Shown: one piece after another, positions 1-9,261 of the stretch
Layout: every line of letters starts with the position of its first letter
Numbering within the stretch: position 1 is the stretch's first letter
Notes under the pieces: model-generated
Told to the model about the DNA's origin: nothing
Databases searched by the model: none
Seen by the model: only the letters and a program-made list of their open reading frames with translations
Made by a program: the position numbers and the translations under genes
Assembly: GCA_040830765.1 (NCBI GenBank)
Contig: JBFOMH010000005.1
Coordinates: 32,001-96,000 of the forward strand
Source of the DNA: Puniceicoccaceae bacterium
GTDB taxonomy: Bacteria; Verrucomicrobiota; Verrucomicrobiia; Opitutales; Oceanipulchritudinaceae
Length of the DNA stretch: 64,000 bases
Direction of reading: 5' to 3'

Positions 1-891
1 CAATCCACTCAGCGGCTCATCGATTTGGAGTGTCACCCTGCTGAAGGTTACCTCGGCGTGCCCGGCCTGCAGGTCTTCCCGGACAGCTAAGAGGGACTCC
101 CAAAGCTTTGACTTGATAACATCCAATCCCGGTTGCCATTGGCGAAATTGGTTCAACAAAGTGGCGAATCCTTTAGCAGTGGAGGCCCTGAGCCCAAGCG
201 TACCCAATTCCTTCTCAATGGAATCGAGCAACTTGCCGACATCCTCTTCCTTGCTCAGCCACCAGGGTTCCTTCCCGAAAATAGTCCCCGGGTGCCCCCA
301 GAGGATCTCGCTCCTGTCTTCAAGGAAGAGATCATGGTAGTTCTTGAGATGGTCCTCAAATATCCTGTAGACGCTCTTTCCCTCAACCCCCCAGGTGAGT
401 TGCTTATACATCTGCAGGACCCGGTTCTCCCGTTCCTCGTCACCCCCGGCCAGTAGCTGCTCCATGGCCAAACGGCGGGCCACGTTTTGTTCTATTTCGT
501 CCATGATGCGATGCGCTCGCGTCAGGCCGAGTTCATAGGGAAAAGCGTTCAGGAGTCGGGCAAAGAAACTGTCGATAGTGCCCAACTGCAATCGCCCGAG
601 TTCTTGAACCAGGTCCTTCAACAGTTTGCGGAAAAAGGCACTGTCCTTGCCCGGCAATTGAATGTCCTCTGAGAGTTTGTCTGCCGCTTCCTCACTCCCC
701 GCTGCCCTGACCAACCGCATGAGGATTTGTTGAAGAAATTCACCGGCTGCCTTGCGCGTAAAGGTCAGGGCATTGATGCGGGCCGGACTGACCTCCAGTG
801 ACAAAAGTCGCAGATACCGGTTCACCAAGGCATAGGTCTTCCCGGAACCGGCGGAGGCCATGATCATCTCATGCTGAACCGCCTGCTTCAT
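1..891 (-). CDS. addA: UvrD/AddA-family ATP-dependent helicase-nuclease subunit, 5' part (runs off window start)
   Basis: Read manually on minus strand from ATG at 891: MKQAVQHEMIMASAGSGKTYALVNRYLRLL...INALTFTRKAAGEF (UvrD Walker A and motif Ia). ATGA overlap with the stop of the upstream AddB-like gene. Confidence 0.85.
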   Translation of the reverse strand, partial: MKQAVQHEMIMASAGSGKTYALVNRYLRLLSLEVSPARINALTFTRKAAGEFLQQILMRLVRAAGSEEAADKLSEDIQLPGKDSAFFRKLLKDLVQELGRLQLGTIDSFFARLLNAFPYELGLTRAHRIMDEIEQNVARRLAMEQLLAGGDEERENRVLQMYKQLTWGVEGKSVYRIFEDHLKNYHDLFLEDRSEILWGHPGTIFGKEPWWLSKEEDVGKLLDSIEKELGTLGLRASTAKGFATLLNQFRQWQPGLDVIKSKLWESLLAVREDLQAGHAEVTFSRVTLQIDEPLSGL

Positions 892-3683
892 GCCCTACCC
901 TCCGTGTGCCTTGACTGCCACCCGGGTGCCAGGCCGGTTGTGTAATCTCCACCAAACCATGGAAGCCAGTCCTCCTTGTATCGGATGGATCGGCCGGGCG
1001 GGAATTGCTCCTCCTTGATCAGCTGAACAACCGCCCTTGCGCACTGCAGTCCGGCTTCAGCCTCTGCATCACTTGGCGTCCACTCACTGAGCCGCACCTC
1101 CTTGACTGCCTTGGCAAGGTTTAGGTAGGCAACAACAGGTGTTTTCCCAACTGCCTCTCTGACGGCATGATAATACAATATCAGCTGCAGGTCTTTCCAG
1201 CGCCAGTTCTTGTCGTTATCCAAAAAGTCGATCTCTGGAAATAACGGCCCGGGTGAGGCTGCGGTGAGGCGAGTGAGGTGTGCGGCCCGGGCTTCGGTCG
1301 CGTTGTCGGATGTCTTGTAGTCAACAACTCGATACAACCCACTCTCCTCATTCTGCTCGACGAGGTCGATAATGCCAGAAAGCCTGATGCCCTCGATCCT
1401 GTAATCAATTTCCCCGGAAAAACGCCACTCCGCCTTCAACGGTTTCCATCCCAAACGGCGTTGTTCACTGATGACTCCCGCAGCCGCCCTCAAGCGTTCG
1501 CGCATTCCACTTTCCTGAATGATCGCCGGTACCCCCAGTTGGCGTCCGAATTCTTCGCCCATGACGGTCGAAAGCTGGTCCTCAAGAAAGGTTTCAATAT
1601 CAGCTTGGGAAGACAGTCCAATGCCCTCATCGGTCCCGTTCAGGCGTTCAATGACAGCATGCGCCAAACTTCCGAAATGCAACGCGTCCAATTCCACGGG
1701 AAGTTCCCGGGGAAGGTTCCACCGAAGAGAACGTTCGATGAAGTAATGGAAGGGACTGTAGAGATAGGCCGAAAAGTCGGTCACGCTGATCCTTTCCAGT
1801 TCAGCTGGGTCCGGGAGTTGCAATTGTGCACCGAACGTGGCCGGGATGGCTGATTCGGATGGCGTTCCCTCGCTCATCAGCAAGTCGACACGCTCAAGAA
1901 TGTGTTCCTCCTCGGCAAGAAAGAGAAAACGCGAAGGCTGCTCCGGATCATCATCAAGTCCCCTGTCCGGCAGGAGAATGTCCAGCTGGCCCCATTCCTT
2001 GCGGCTCTCCAGAAGCAGTCGCAAGCGGCAGGCATGGAAGGCAGCCGCTTCCTCGGGTCCATACAGGCCGAGGCGTTGGCAGAGCACCGGTGTTAGGAAG
2101 GCATCGGTCCCGTCACTGCCGGGCACTTTACTGTCCGGAAGGCCAAGCACCACCAGATGGGGTGCCCGTTCCCAGGGGAGCTCCAGCCATCCGGAGACCG
2201 GCCGTTCCTCTGCCTCGCGTTCCGGATAATAATGATGGGTCTCCAACAGGTAGTTCAGCACTTCCCAGCAATCGCCTTCAGGCAGCTCATCAGCGCCGAA
2301 GTCGGCCTGGAAGTCCTGAAGAATCTCTTCCAATTGTCCAAGTACCGACCGTGCTTCATCCGATAGTTTGGCCCCCAAAGACACTTCCTGCAGGATGCGC
2401 CAAAGCCATTCAGGAAAACTCGTGCCCGCATTTTCCCCCGCCAAAAGATTCTCCAGCAGCGTGAGAAATTCCCGGACAGTCCCGATTTCGCGGATGGGTT
2501 TCAGGGCTGAATCCAGCAATTGACTGCCATGGGTCAGCAGGCGTTCCTTCATGAGCACCACGCATGCCTCCTCCACCTTTTCAACCTGGCAACCTTGGCC
2601 GGTCGCCCACTTCCTGAAGAGCGAATGACGCAGCAATTCCAGAATCGTCTGCAGGCGCGCCTCACCCTGTAAATGGGCGATGAGGCTAAGGAACCGTCCC
2701 CACGATGTGGCTGAAAGGGATTTTCCCTCGGGCATATAAACGGGAGTTTCCGTCAGGCGACTGCGCTCCATAAGGTACTTGCCAACTTCTGCATCCGGAG
2801 CCCCGAGGACCAGGGCATCGACCTCGCTGCTGTAGACTTCAGCCAGTTCCAGAATCCTCTCCACCAACTCCCGGGGCTCGGCCGAACGTTGCAAAACTCC
2901 TTCCAGGCTCTCCTCAGGCAGACTGCGGCTCTGCCACGTTTCCGGCTTGGGCCTGCCCCGGGAATCCAGGGACTCAGCCTCTTCCTCGGGCAGTGGTAAA
3001 TAGAAGTCAATTTGCATCCCTGCCTCGGCCATCGTCTCGATACAGGCCATCTGGCGTTTGCTGAGGTTGAGAACACCCCCAACCAGAAGCCTTGTACAGG
3101 TCATTTGCCGCAATCCTGCCTGCAGGCGATCGAAGAGTCCGGAATCCGGATCCCTCAGCCCGGAACGGGACAAATCCTCCAGATAGGCAGATTCGAGATC
3201 GGCCAGTACCTTCCATCGTTCGTGGTCATTTTCCAGCCCCGCGGAGGCAACCCCGGCAAAGTCATATCCATCCTGAAGAAGGCGTGTCCGGAGTTGCATC
3301 AACTGCCCGGCAAGGGAAAAGGCCCATGTGCGCTTATGCCGTCCGGGCACCACCGGAAACAACGGTTCCAAGTCAACCGTCCGGGCCTGTATCAGGGCGG
3401 TTTTCCAGCCCAGCAACTGGCGAGCCTCGCTGGCACAATTCTCATCGCGCGGCAGGGAACGCTCAAACTGGACCGGCGTCAGGATGTGCGGCGGATGAAA
3501 GGCCTCCAATCCCTCCTCATCGCCGGAAAAGAGCTCACTCAGGATATGCCGGGCCGCCCTGGCGCTTGGCACCCAGACGAGCCAGTTATCCATGCTGTCG
3601 CCTTCAGCTTCCTTCAGCAGTTGCCGGGAGAATTCCAGGGTGAACGGCCTGGTCCAGCCAAGGTAGTGGCGACGAATTTCCAT
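888..3683 (-). CDS. addB: AddB-like PD-(D/E)XK nuclease family protein
   Basis: 931 aa with degenerate helicase-like N-terminus (WVPSARA) and C-terminal RecB-type nuclease motifs (GIIDLVE...VVDYKT...QLILY). Translationally coupled to the AddA-like gene. Confidence 0.8.
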   Translation of the reverse strand: MEIRRHYLGWTRPFTLEFSRQLLKEAEGDSMDNWLVWVPSARAARHILSELFSGDEEGLEAFHPPHILTPVQFERSLPRDENCASEARQLLGWKTALIQARTVDLEPLFPVVPGRHKRTWAFSLAGQLMQLRTRLLQDGYDFAGVASAGLENDHERWKVLADLESAYLEDLSRSGLRDPDSGLFDRLQAGLRQMTCTRLLVGGVLNLSKRQMACIETMAEAGMQIDFYLPLPEEEAESLDSRGRPKPETWQSRSLPEESLEGVLQRSAEPRELVERILELAEVYSSEVDALVLGAPDAEVGKYLMERSRLTETPVYMPEGKSLSATSWGRFLSLIAHLQGEARLQTILELLRHSLFRKWATGQGCQVEKVEEACVVLMKERLLTHGSQLLDSALKPIREIGTVREFLTLLENLLAGENAGTSFPEWLWRILQEVSLGAKLSDEARSVLGQLEEILQDFQADFGADELPEGDCWEVLNYLLETHHYYPEREAEERPVSGWLELPWERAPHLVVLGLPDSKVPGSDGTDAFLTPVLCQRLGLYGPEEAAAFHACRLRLLLESRKEWGQLDILLPDRGLDDDPEQPSRFLFLAEEEHILERVDLLMSEGTPSESAIPATFGAQLQLPDPAELERISVTDFSAYLYSPFHYFIERSLRWNLPRELPVELDALHFGSLAHAVIERLNGTDEGIGLSSQADIETFLEDQLSTVMGEEFGRQLGVPAIIQESGMRERLRAAAGVISEQRRLGWKPLKAEWRFSGEIDYRIEGIRLSGIIDLVEQNEESGLYRVVDYKTSDNATEARAAHLTRLTAASPGPLFPEIDFLDNDKNWRWKDLQLILYYHAVREAVGKTPVVAYLNLAKAVKEVRLSEWTPSDAEAEAGLQCARAVVQLIKEEQFPPGRSIRYKEDWLPWFGGDYTTGLAPGWQSRHTEGRA

Positions 3684-3750
3684 CCATGGCCTTCTCTAGA
3701 GGTCACCCCCGCCAAGGTCAACCCCTTCCCCTGTCATATTTTTTGGATAC

Positions 3751-3782
3751 AAAAAACCCCGGACCCGCCATGGGGTCCGGGG
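3751..3782 (-). terminator. Rho-independent terminator of raiA/hpf
   Basis: Stem CCCCGGACCC / GGGTCCGGGG with an A6 run at 3751-3756 (U-tract on minus strand), about 20 nt after the raiA stop. Confidence 0.8.
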
Positions 3783-3804
3783 CCTTAAAGGTGGGCGGAC
3801 GTAA

Positions 3805-4173
3805 TCAGGCGGACTGGGCCTTCGGGATGTCCGCGGGGATTTCCACATCATGTGGCTGTTTGCGCTTCAGTACGCGCAACCGGGAACGGCGGCGAAGCAT
3901 GCGGTCGAGCTTGTTTTCCAGCTGGTCGATCGACTTGTATAGGTCCTCAGAGGCCGCATCCGCAATGAGCGGCTTGCCCTTGATTTCGATCTTCCCCTTG
4001 GCGTGGTATGCATTGCCGTATTTCTGGTCACTGCTTAGTTCCACCCTAATTCGGATGATGTGATTTTCGTGGTCAAAGAGTTTCGAGACTTTTTCGATTA
4101 CCATTTTCTTGAGAGCCGGGGTCAGGTCGAGGTTATGTCCGGAGATAATGATATCGTTGGTCCGATCTTTCAT
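3805..4173 (-). CDS. raiA: Ribosome hibernation factor HPF/RaiA (S30AE family)
   Basis: IIISGHNLDLTPALK...EDLYKSIDQLENKLDRMLRR signature, 122 aa. Confidence 0.92.
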   Translation of the reverse strand: MKDRTNDIIISGHNLDLTPALKKMVIEKVSKLFDHENHIIRIRVELSSDQKYGNAYHAKGKIEIKGKPLIADAASEDLYKSIDQLENKLDRMLRRRSRLRVLKRKQPHDVEIPADIPKAQSA

Positions 4174-4443
4174 TTTGTCTTATCCTTTTTTTATGGTTTT
4201 CAGTTGGTTCCCTTTAATGTTTCAGGCACCCGGGAACTGGGTATGCCAAAATATGGAAAGTGGGGGTCGGGTACGGCACGGTTCACATACTAAATCGCCA
4301 TCGCCCTTGGGCGAATGTGCCAAGATCCCATGTAATAAGTCTGGTATCGAAGACTGGGATCCATAAAACCATAACATCAACTGGGTCGAACTGTAGCACA
4401 GGGTACCAAATTTGCAATCTTTCTCTTCCGGAATCCCCCGATT

Positions 4444-5214
4444 ATGTCCCCCGAAAATAACCATCATAAGGGTAAATCAGCCGCGGCCCCGCTTGTGGAG
4501 CCCGATGAGCTGGAGGCCTGGATTCTCTTGGAGGACGAGGATGTGATTGTCCTCAACAAACCGGGCTGGCTGGTCTGTCATCCATCAAAGAACGGGCCCT
4601 GGTCCAGTCTGGTGGGAGCGGTCAGGGAATCCCGGGGACTCGAGAGGATCCATCTGGTCAGCCGCCTTGACCGGGAAACAAGCGGATTGGTCGTCCTGGC
4701 CAAGCATCACAAGGCGGCCAGTCGCCTGCAAACAGCCTTTGCCAAGCGGAACACCCGCAAACGCTACCTGGCCCTGCTGCAAGGGCAGCTGAAAGAGGAG
4801 CGGAGGACCGAAAGCAACCTCGAGAACGATCCTGAGAGTCCGGTCGTGGTCCAGCAACGGGTCAGCTTCGGAGGCCGGGGAAAGCACGCGGAAACCACCT
4901 TCAAGCCACTGGAGTATTGGGGACCCCATACCTTGGCAGAGGTCACCCCAATAACCGGCCGCAAGCACCAGATCCGTGTTCATGCGGCTTGGCTGGAACA
5001 TCCGATCCTCGGGGACAAGATTTACGGAGGCGATCCAACCTGGTATCTTGAATTCATCGAGCGTGGTTGGACCGACCGTCTGGAGTCGGAACTGCGCTTT
5101 CCCCGCCAGGCCCTGCATGCAGAGCGCCTGGAGGTTTGGGGAGAGGATTTCCGTTACCAGTGGACGGCCCCCTGCCCCTTCGAATCAGAGTTCCGGGAGT
5201 TGTGCGGGGAATAG
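4444..5214 (+). CDS. RluA-family RNA pseudouridine synthase
   Basis: NKPGWLVCHP, SRLDRETSG (catalytic Asp), TGRKHQIRVH, GDKIYG and QALHA motifs. Confidence 0.92.
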   Translation: MSPENNHHKGKSAAAPLVEPDELEAWILLEDEDVIVLNKPGWLVCHPSKNGPWSSLVGAVRESRGLERIHLVSRLDRETSGLVVLAKHHKAASRLQTAFAKRNTRKRYLALLQGQLKEERRTESNLENDPESPVVVQQRVSFGGRGKHAETTFKPLEYWGPHTLAEVTPITGRKHQIRVHAAWLEHPILGDKIYGGDPTWYLEFIERGWTDRLESELRFPRQALHAERLEVWGEDFRYQWTAPCPFESEFRELCGE

Positions 5215-5227
5215 GGCCCAGGCCACA

Positions 5228-5329
5228 ACTACAGGCGGGACGCCTGTAGTCCTTTCGAGGGTCGGCTTTGGGCGAGACGGCTGTAGTCCTTTTCAGGACC
5301 TCAATGGAGTACAGGCATCTTGCCTGTAC
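5228..5329. repeat. Cluster of REP-like palindromes between convergent genes
   Basis: ACTACAGGC-GGGAC-GCCTGTAGT (5228-5250), a degenerate copy at about 5271-5290, and GTACAGGC-ATCTT-GCCTGTAC (5309-5329). Confidence 0.65.
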
Positions 5330-5334
5330 ACAAC

Positions 5335-5811
5335 TCAGCCCGCTCCCTCAACCGTCTCTGCCTCAACAACCCAGACCACGGTCCAGCCGCTAGGCTCATC
5401 GATGTAGACAATTGGCGTAGCGCCTTCCAGTTCGGTCTCGACCATCTCCACGGTCGACTCAAGGGCATAGGCCTCGTCGACCTGGCCCATCTTGCGCAGG
5501 GGAAACCAGACCCCCATGCCGACCAGCATGACCGCAGCCGCAGCCGCAACAAGCTGCGGAAAGGTCAGGATACGGGCGGAGCGCTGGCGGTCGGCTTGTT
5601 CCAAGCGCTCCCGGACAGATTCCCAGGCGGCATCTCCATCAACTTTTGAAACATGGGCGCCATGGAGCAGTTCCCGGGACCGGGCAAGTTGGTCAACATA
5701 GGCCCGGGCGGCATCATCCCGATCGATCAGGTTCTCGACTTCGGCATGTTCCTGGGGAGACAGTTCTCCATCGAACCAGGCTTCGAGGCGTTGTTGTGTT
5801 TCATCATTCAT
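5335..5811 (-). CDS. Putative membrane-anchored anti-sigma factor
   Basis: N-terminal LEAWFDGELS..E..EVE anti-sigma-like helix, followed by a single TM segment (LVAAAAAVMLVGMGVWF). Confidence 0.65.
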   Translation of the reverse strand: MNDETQQRLEAWFDGELSPQEHAEVENLIDRDDAARAYVDQLARSRELLHGAHVSKVDGDAAWESVRERLEQADRQRSARILTFPQLVAAAAAVMLVGMGVWFPLRKMGQVDEAYALESTVEMVETELEGATPIVYIDEPSGWTVVWVVEAETVEGAG

Positions 5812-5833
5812 CGCTGCCAGTTATTAAGTTGGC

Positions 5834-5865
5834 AAAAAGAGGACGGGCCGTCGAGACCCGTCCTC
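5834..5865 (-). terminator. Rho-independent terminator
   Basis: GAGGACGGG / CCCGTCCTC 9-bp stem with A5 at 5834-5838, just after the stop at 5884. Confidence 0.7.
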
Positions 5866-5883
5866 CTGCAGGAGGATATTTAT

Positions 5884-6327
5884 TCAACCACAGCGGGACC
5901 GGTGGTAGCCCCGGTGCGGCCGTTCAATCCAGATGCGTTTGGTTTCAAAAGTGTAGTGACCACGTGTCCAGACCCGGACCCGGTCGCCACAGTCGTTGTA
6001 GACAACGCTCCAGTGCCCGGGCACCCAGACCTTGTGGCGGGTGGTCTTCCAATAGCCCTTGGGACCGTGGTGACGCTTGGAGCAGCTCTTGCAGCTGTGG
6101 CGGTGGTGTTTGCCACAGCGGGGACCCCGGTAATCGTGCCGGTGGCCGTAGGAAATTTCCACACTGGCATGATGGTGGTCGTTGTTGTTTTCAATGACGG
6201 CTCCAGTAATCATGCCGGCGACAAAGCCTCCGAAGGCGGCCAGGGCCTCGTCGCCTGCATGGGTCGGAGCAGCGGTGAACCCCCCGAGGAGGGCAACTGT
6301 GATTAATGAGCGGATGTATTTCTTCAT
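5884..6327 (-). CDS. Small secreted His/Arg-rich protein with glycine-zipper-like segment and WxxGHW/Y repeats
   Basis: Signal peptide MKKYIRSLITVALLGGFTAAPTHA, then VWVPGHW / VWTRGHY repeats. Start taken at ATG 6327. Confidence 0.65.
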   Translation of the reverse strand: MKKYIRSLITVALLGGFTAAPTHAGDEALAAFGGFVAGMITGAVIENNNDHHHASVEISYGHRHDYRGPRCGKHHRHSCKSCSKRHHGPKGYWKTTRHKVWVPGHWSVVYNDCGDRVRVWTRGHYTFETKRIWIERPHRGYHRSRCG

Positions 6328-6448
6328 GGCTTTGCTTTGTTGAATGCACCCTTTCAACGAATCCTTCGGCCGCTTTATTCAATTTATTTGAATTTTCTAC
6401 GAAAAGACTGGGCAAACGGGTCCAAACGGGAGAAAACAGGCATACCCG

Positions 6449-6931
6449 ATGCAAGATTTGAAAACAGTTGAATGCGTGGCCGAGGTACCCGCTCCGGTTG
6501 CAGAGGTGTGGAGGGCCTGGACCACCGATGAGGGCGTCACCAGCTTTTTTGCCCCGGCGGTCAATCTGCGGGCTGAGCCGGACGGACCATACGAGATTCT
6601 CTTTAACCCGGATGCACCGGAGGGAACCCGCGGAGCCGAGGGCATGCGCTTTCTCGCCTTGCAGGAACCGACCTTTCTCTCTTTCACCTGGAACGCCCCG
6701 CCCCACCTGCCGGAGGTGCGTGGCCAGCGGACTTGGGTGGAAATTCGCCTCGAAGCGTTGGACGACAACTCAACCCACGTCCGGTTGCTCCATGGTGGAT
6801 GGGGCACTGGTGGTCAATGGGAAGAAGCCTTCGATTACTTTGTCCGGGCCTGGGGAAAGGTTGTCCTGCCCCGGCTCGTCTATCGCTTTAAAAATGGACC
6901 AATCGACTGGTCCGACCCTCCCGTCCTCTGA
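6449..6931 (+). CDS. SRPBCC/AHSA1 (START-like) domain protein
   Basis: APVAEVWRAWTT...LSFTWNAPP...THVRLLHGGW pattern. Confidence 0.85.
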   Translation: MQDLKTVECVAEVPAPVAEVWRAWTTDEGVTSFFAPAVNLRAEPDGPYEILFNPDAPEGTRGAEGMRFLALQEPTFLSFTWNAPPHLPEVRGQRTWVEIRLEALDDNSTHVRLLHGGWGTGGQWEEAFDYFVRAWGKVVLPRLVYRFKNGPIDWSDPPVL

Positions 6932-6945
6932 TTATCTCCAGCTCG

Positions 6946-9084
6946 ATGAACAGACGTGTACTTATGGCTTCTGCGGCAGCCATCCTTCTGGTGGTCGTGG
7001 TCCTCTACTTGTTCCTCCGCGAGAAACCCGCCTCGGCCGAGTTTGAGCAACTTGGACCGATCCTCGAACAGTTTTCCGCTCCCGGGATGGAGCATGCGGA
7101 TCCCGCCCAGTGCATTGAGTGCCACCGGGAGGCCAATGATAAGTGGGAAAACTCCCACCACGCCCTCGCCAACGCACCATTGACCGAAGCCGATCGGGCG
7201 CGCCTCAAGGCAAATGCCGGCGATTTGCTCCAGGAACGCCAAATGCATTGGCACGCCCATCCCGACACCATGGTCCTGCAAGAGGCTGGACTGCCCGACC
7301 AGCCCGTGGTCGGGACCATCGGGATCACTCCGCTCATCCAGTACCTCCACCTTGCCCCGGACGGACGCATCCAGACGCATGATGTCGCATGGGACGTCGA
7401 AAAGGAGGAATGGTTTTCGGTTTTCGAATTGGAGGATGTCGGCGAGGAACCCCGGGTCCCTGGTGAATGGGGACATTGGACCGGACAAGGCATGAACTGG
7501 GACGCCAATTGTGCCTATTGCCACATGACGGAATACTACAAGAATTTCAGTCCGGAGACCAACAGCTATGACCGGAAGTGGAATCACATGGCCATCACCT
7601 GTGCCCAATGCCACCCCGGTTCGGAAACCCACCTTGAGCAAATCCGCAACGGCAATGACCAGTACAAGGAAGTCTTCACTCCCCGCCAGGTCATGGAGGC
7701 CTGCGCCACCTGCCATGCCCGGCGGGACCAGCTGACTCCCGATGGATTTGTTCCCGGTGATGTTTTTGAAGATCACTTCCACCTGACTCTTGGAGACGTC
7801 GAGGGCATTTATCACCCTGACGGACAGGTCATCGGGGAAAATTACGTCTACGGCTCCCTCACCATGAGCAAGATGGGGCATGCCGGAGTGACCTGCATGG
7901 ACTGCCACGATCCCCATACCGCGGAATTTATCCTGCCCGTGGAAAACAATGCCCTCTGCCAGCGTTGTCATGGCAGTGGACTGAATGACGCCCCGAAGAT
8001 TGACCCCATCGCCCACAGCCATCACCCGGGCGATTCTGTGGGTAACCGCTGTGTCGAATGCCACATGCCCTCGACACCCTTTATGGGACGCGATCCTCGC
8101 CGGGATCATTCCTTCAGCATTCCCGATCCCCGGCTCAATATGGAACTCGGAATCCCCGATGCCTGCTCCAAGTGCCACAATACCCAGTCAGTGGAGTGGA
8201 ACCTCCAGCATGCCGAGGACTGGTACGGCCCGGACATGAACGCCGACCGCCGGGCCAAGGCCCGCCTCATGCAGGACCTCTGGGACGGCAAACAGGGTTC
8301 GCTGGCCCGGCTTAAGGAGGCCGTGCGCAAGGAGCCCAACCGGTGGTGGAAAGCCACTTTTATCAACATGTTCCAGTACACCCCGGCCGATCAGGAAGTC
8401 TTTGAGATCCTTACCGAAGCCCTGCGGGACGAGGAATCCATGGTCCGCTCCGCGGCAATCCGGCTCCTCGGCACCAGTAATGTCACCGCCGAGCAGAAGG
8501 AAGCCCTCCTGACGGATCCCATCCGCGGGGTCCGCATCAGTACCGCCCTCACCGTTCCTGGCATGCGCGACCTCCCACCGGATGTCGAAGCCGAATTGCT
8601 CGCCTACATGCGCCATACCGCCGACTCCCCCATGGGATCCCTGCGCCTCGCCTCCTTCTATGCCGACAAGGGCGATCTCGAGAAGTCCCGCTTCCTCGCC
8701 CGTCAGGCGGTTGAGTTTGAACCCCTCAATGCCGAGGCCTACCGGCTCGCCGCCATCCAGTTGCATGCCTCCGGTGATGCTCAAGGGGCCCTCGATATGC
8801 TCGACCGCGCCCTCCGTCTTTCCGACAACAGCCCACTCGTCCACTTCAACCTCGGGCTCCTCCAAGCCGAGCTCGGGGATTTGGACAAGGCCATCTATCA
8901 CCTCAATCAAACCATTCTCGGTAATCCCCAGTTCGAGGATGCCTGGTACAACCTCATCGTCCTTTACTGGCAAATCGAGCAGCTCCCCACCGCCCGCGCC
9001 AAACTCACCGAGGCCCTCCAGGCCCTCCCCCAGAGCCGGCGTCTCCGCCAACTCGCCCGCCAGATGCCGCCGGAGGTGAATTAG
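6946..9084 (+). CDS. Octaheme c-type cytochrome with C-terminal HEAT/TPR repeats
   Basis: N-terminal membrane anchor. Eight CxxCH motifs (CIECH, CAYCH, CAQCH, CATCH, CMDCH, CQRCH, CVECH, CSKCH). HEAT-like LRDEESMVRSAA and TPR-like HFNLGLL / AWYNL segments. Confidence 0.88.
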   Translation: MNRRVLMASAAAILLVVVVLYLFLREKPASAEFEQLGPILEQFSAPGMEHADPAQCIECHREANDKWENSHHALANAPLTEADRARLKANAGDLLQERQMHWHAHPDTMVLQEAGLPDQPVVGTIGITPLIQYLHLAPDGRIQTHDVAWDVEKEEWFSVFELEDVGEEPRVPGEWGHWTGQGMNWDANCAYCHMTEYYKNFSPETNSYDRKWNHMAITCAQCHPGSETHLEQIRNGNDQYKEVFTPRQVMEACATCHARRDQLTPDGFVPGDVFEDHFHLTLGDVEGIYHPDGQVIGENYVYGSLTMSKMGHAGVTCMDCHDPHTAEFILPVENNALCQRCHGSGLNDAPKIDPIAHSHHPGDSVGNRCVECHMPSTPFMGRDPRRDHSFSIPDPRLNMELGIPDACSKCHNTQSVEWNLQHAEDWYGPDMNADRRAKARLMQDLWDGKQGSLARLKEAVRKEPNRWWKATFINMFQYTPADQEVFEILTEALRDEESMVRSAAIRLLGTSNVTAEQKEALLTDPIRGVRISTALTVPGMRDLPPDVEAELLAYMRHTADSPMGSLRLASFYADKGDLEKSRFLARQAVEFEPLNAEAYRLAAIQLHASGDAQGALDMLDRALRLSDNSPLVHFNLGLLQAELGDLDKAIYHLNQTILGNPQFEDAWYNLIVLYWQIEQLPTARAKLTEALQALPQSRRLRQLARQMPPEVN

Positions 9085-9089
9085 GGTCA

Positions 9090-9124
9090 AAGGACGAAGG
9101 ACAAAGGACCAAGGACGGAGGACG
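9090..9124 (+). repeat. Short heptamer tandem repeat (consensus AAGGACN x5)
   Basis: AAGGACG AAGGACA AAGGACC AAGGACG GAGGACG directly after the cytochrome stop codon. Confidence 0.75.
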
Positions 9125-9230
9125 GAAGTAGTCGGGCTATGGCGGTGGTCAACAGTTGCTGATTTTGTGAAGTAGCAAAACTAATACTGTGCATAGGGCG
9201 TATTATTTTTCTTGATAGCCCCCACCTATA

Positions 9231-9261
9231 TATAATTTAACATCTATTGTAATGTTAAATT
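9231..9261 (+). promoter_or_regulatory. Probable ArsR operator overlapping a -10 box and the start codon
   Basis: Perfect inverted repeat AATTTAACAT-N8-ATGTTAAATT (9234-9261). TATAAT at 9231-9236. The right arm contains the regulator ATG. Confidence 0.65.

Noticed and set aside
4401..4417. Sigma-54-like GG-N10-GC site (GGTACCAAATTTGCA) before the RluA gene
   Set aside because: Only a partial match to TGGCAC-N5-TTGC, with no supporting context.
6880..9090. Long antisense ORFs (6880-8178, 8188-9090)
   Set aside because: Shadow frames of the GC-rich cytochrome gene, with no recognisable motifs.
9090..9128. CRISPR array
   Set aside because: 7-bp units without spacers and no cas genes.
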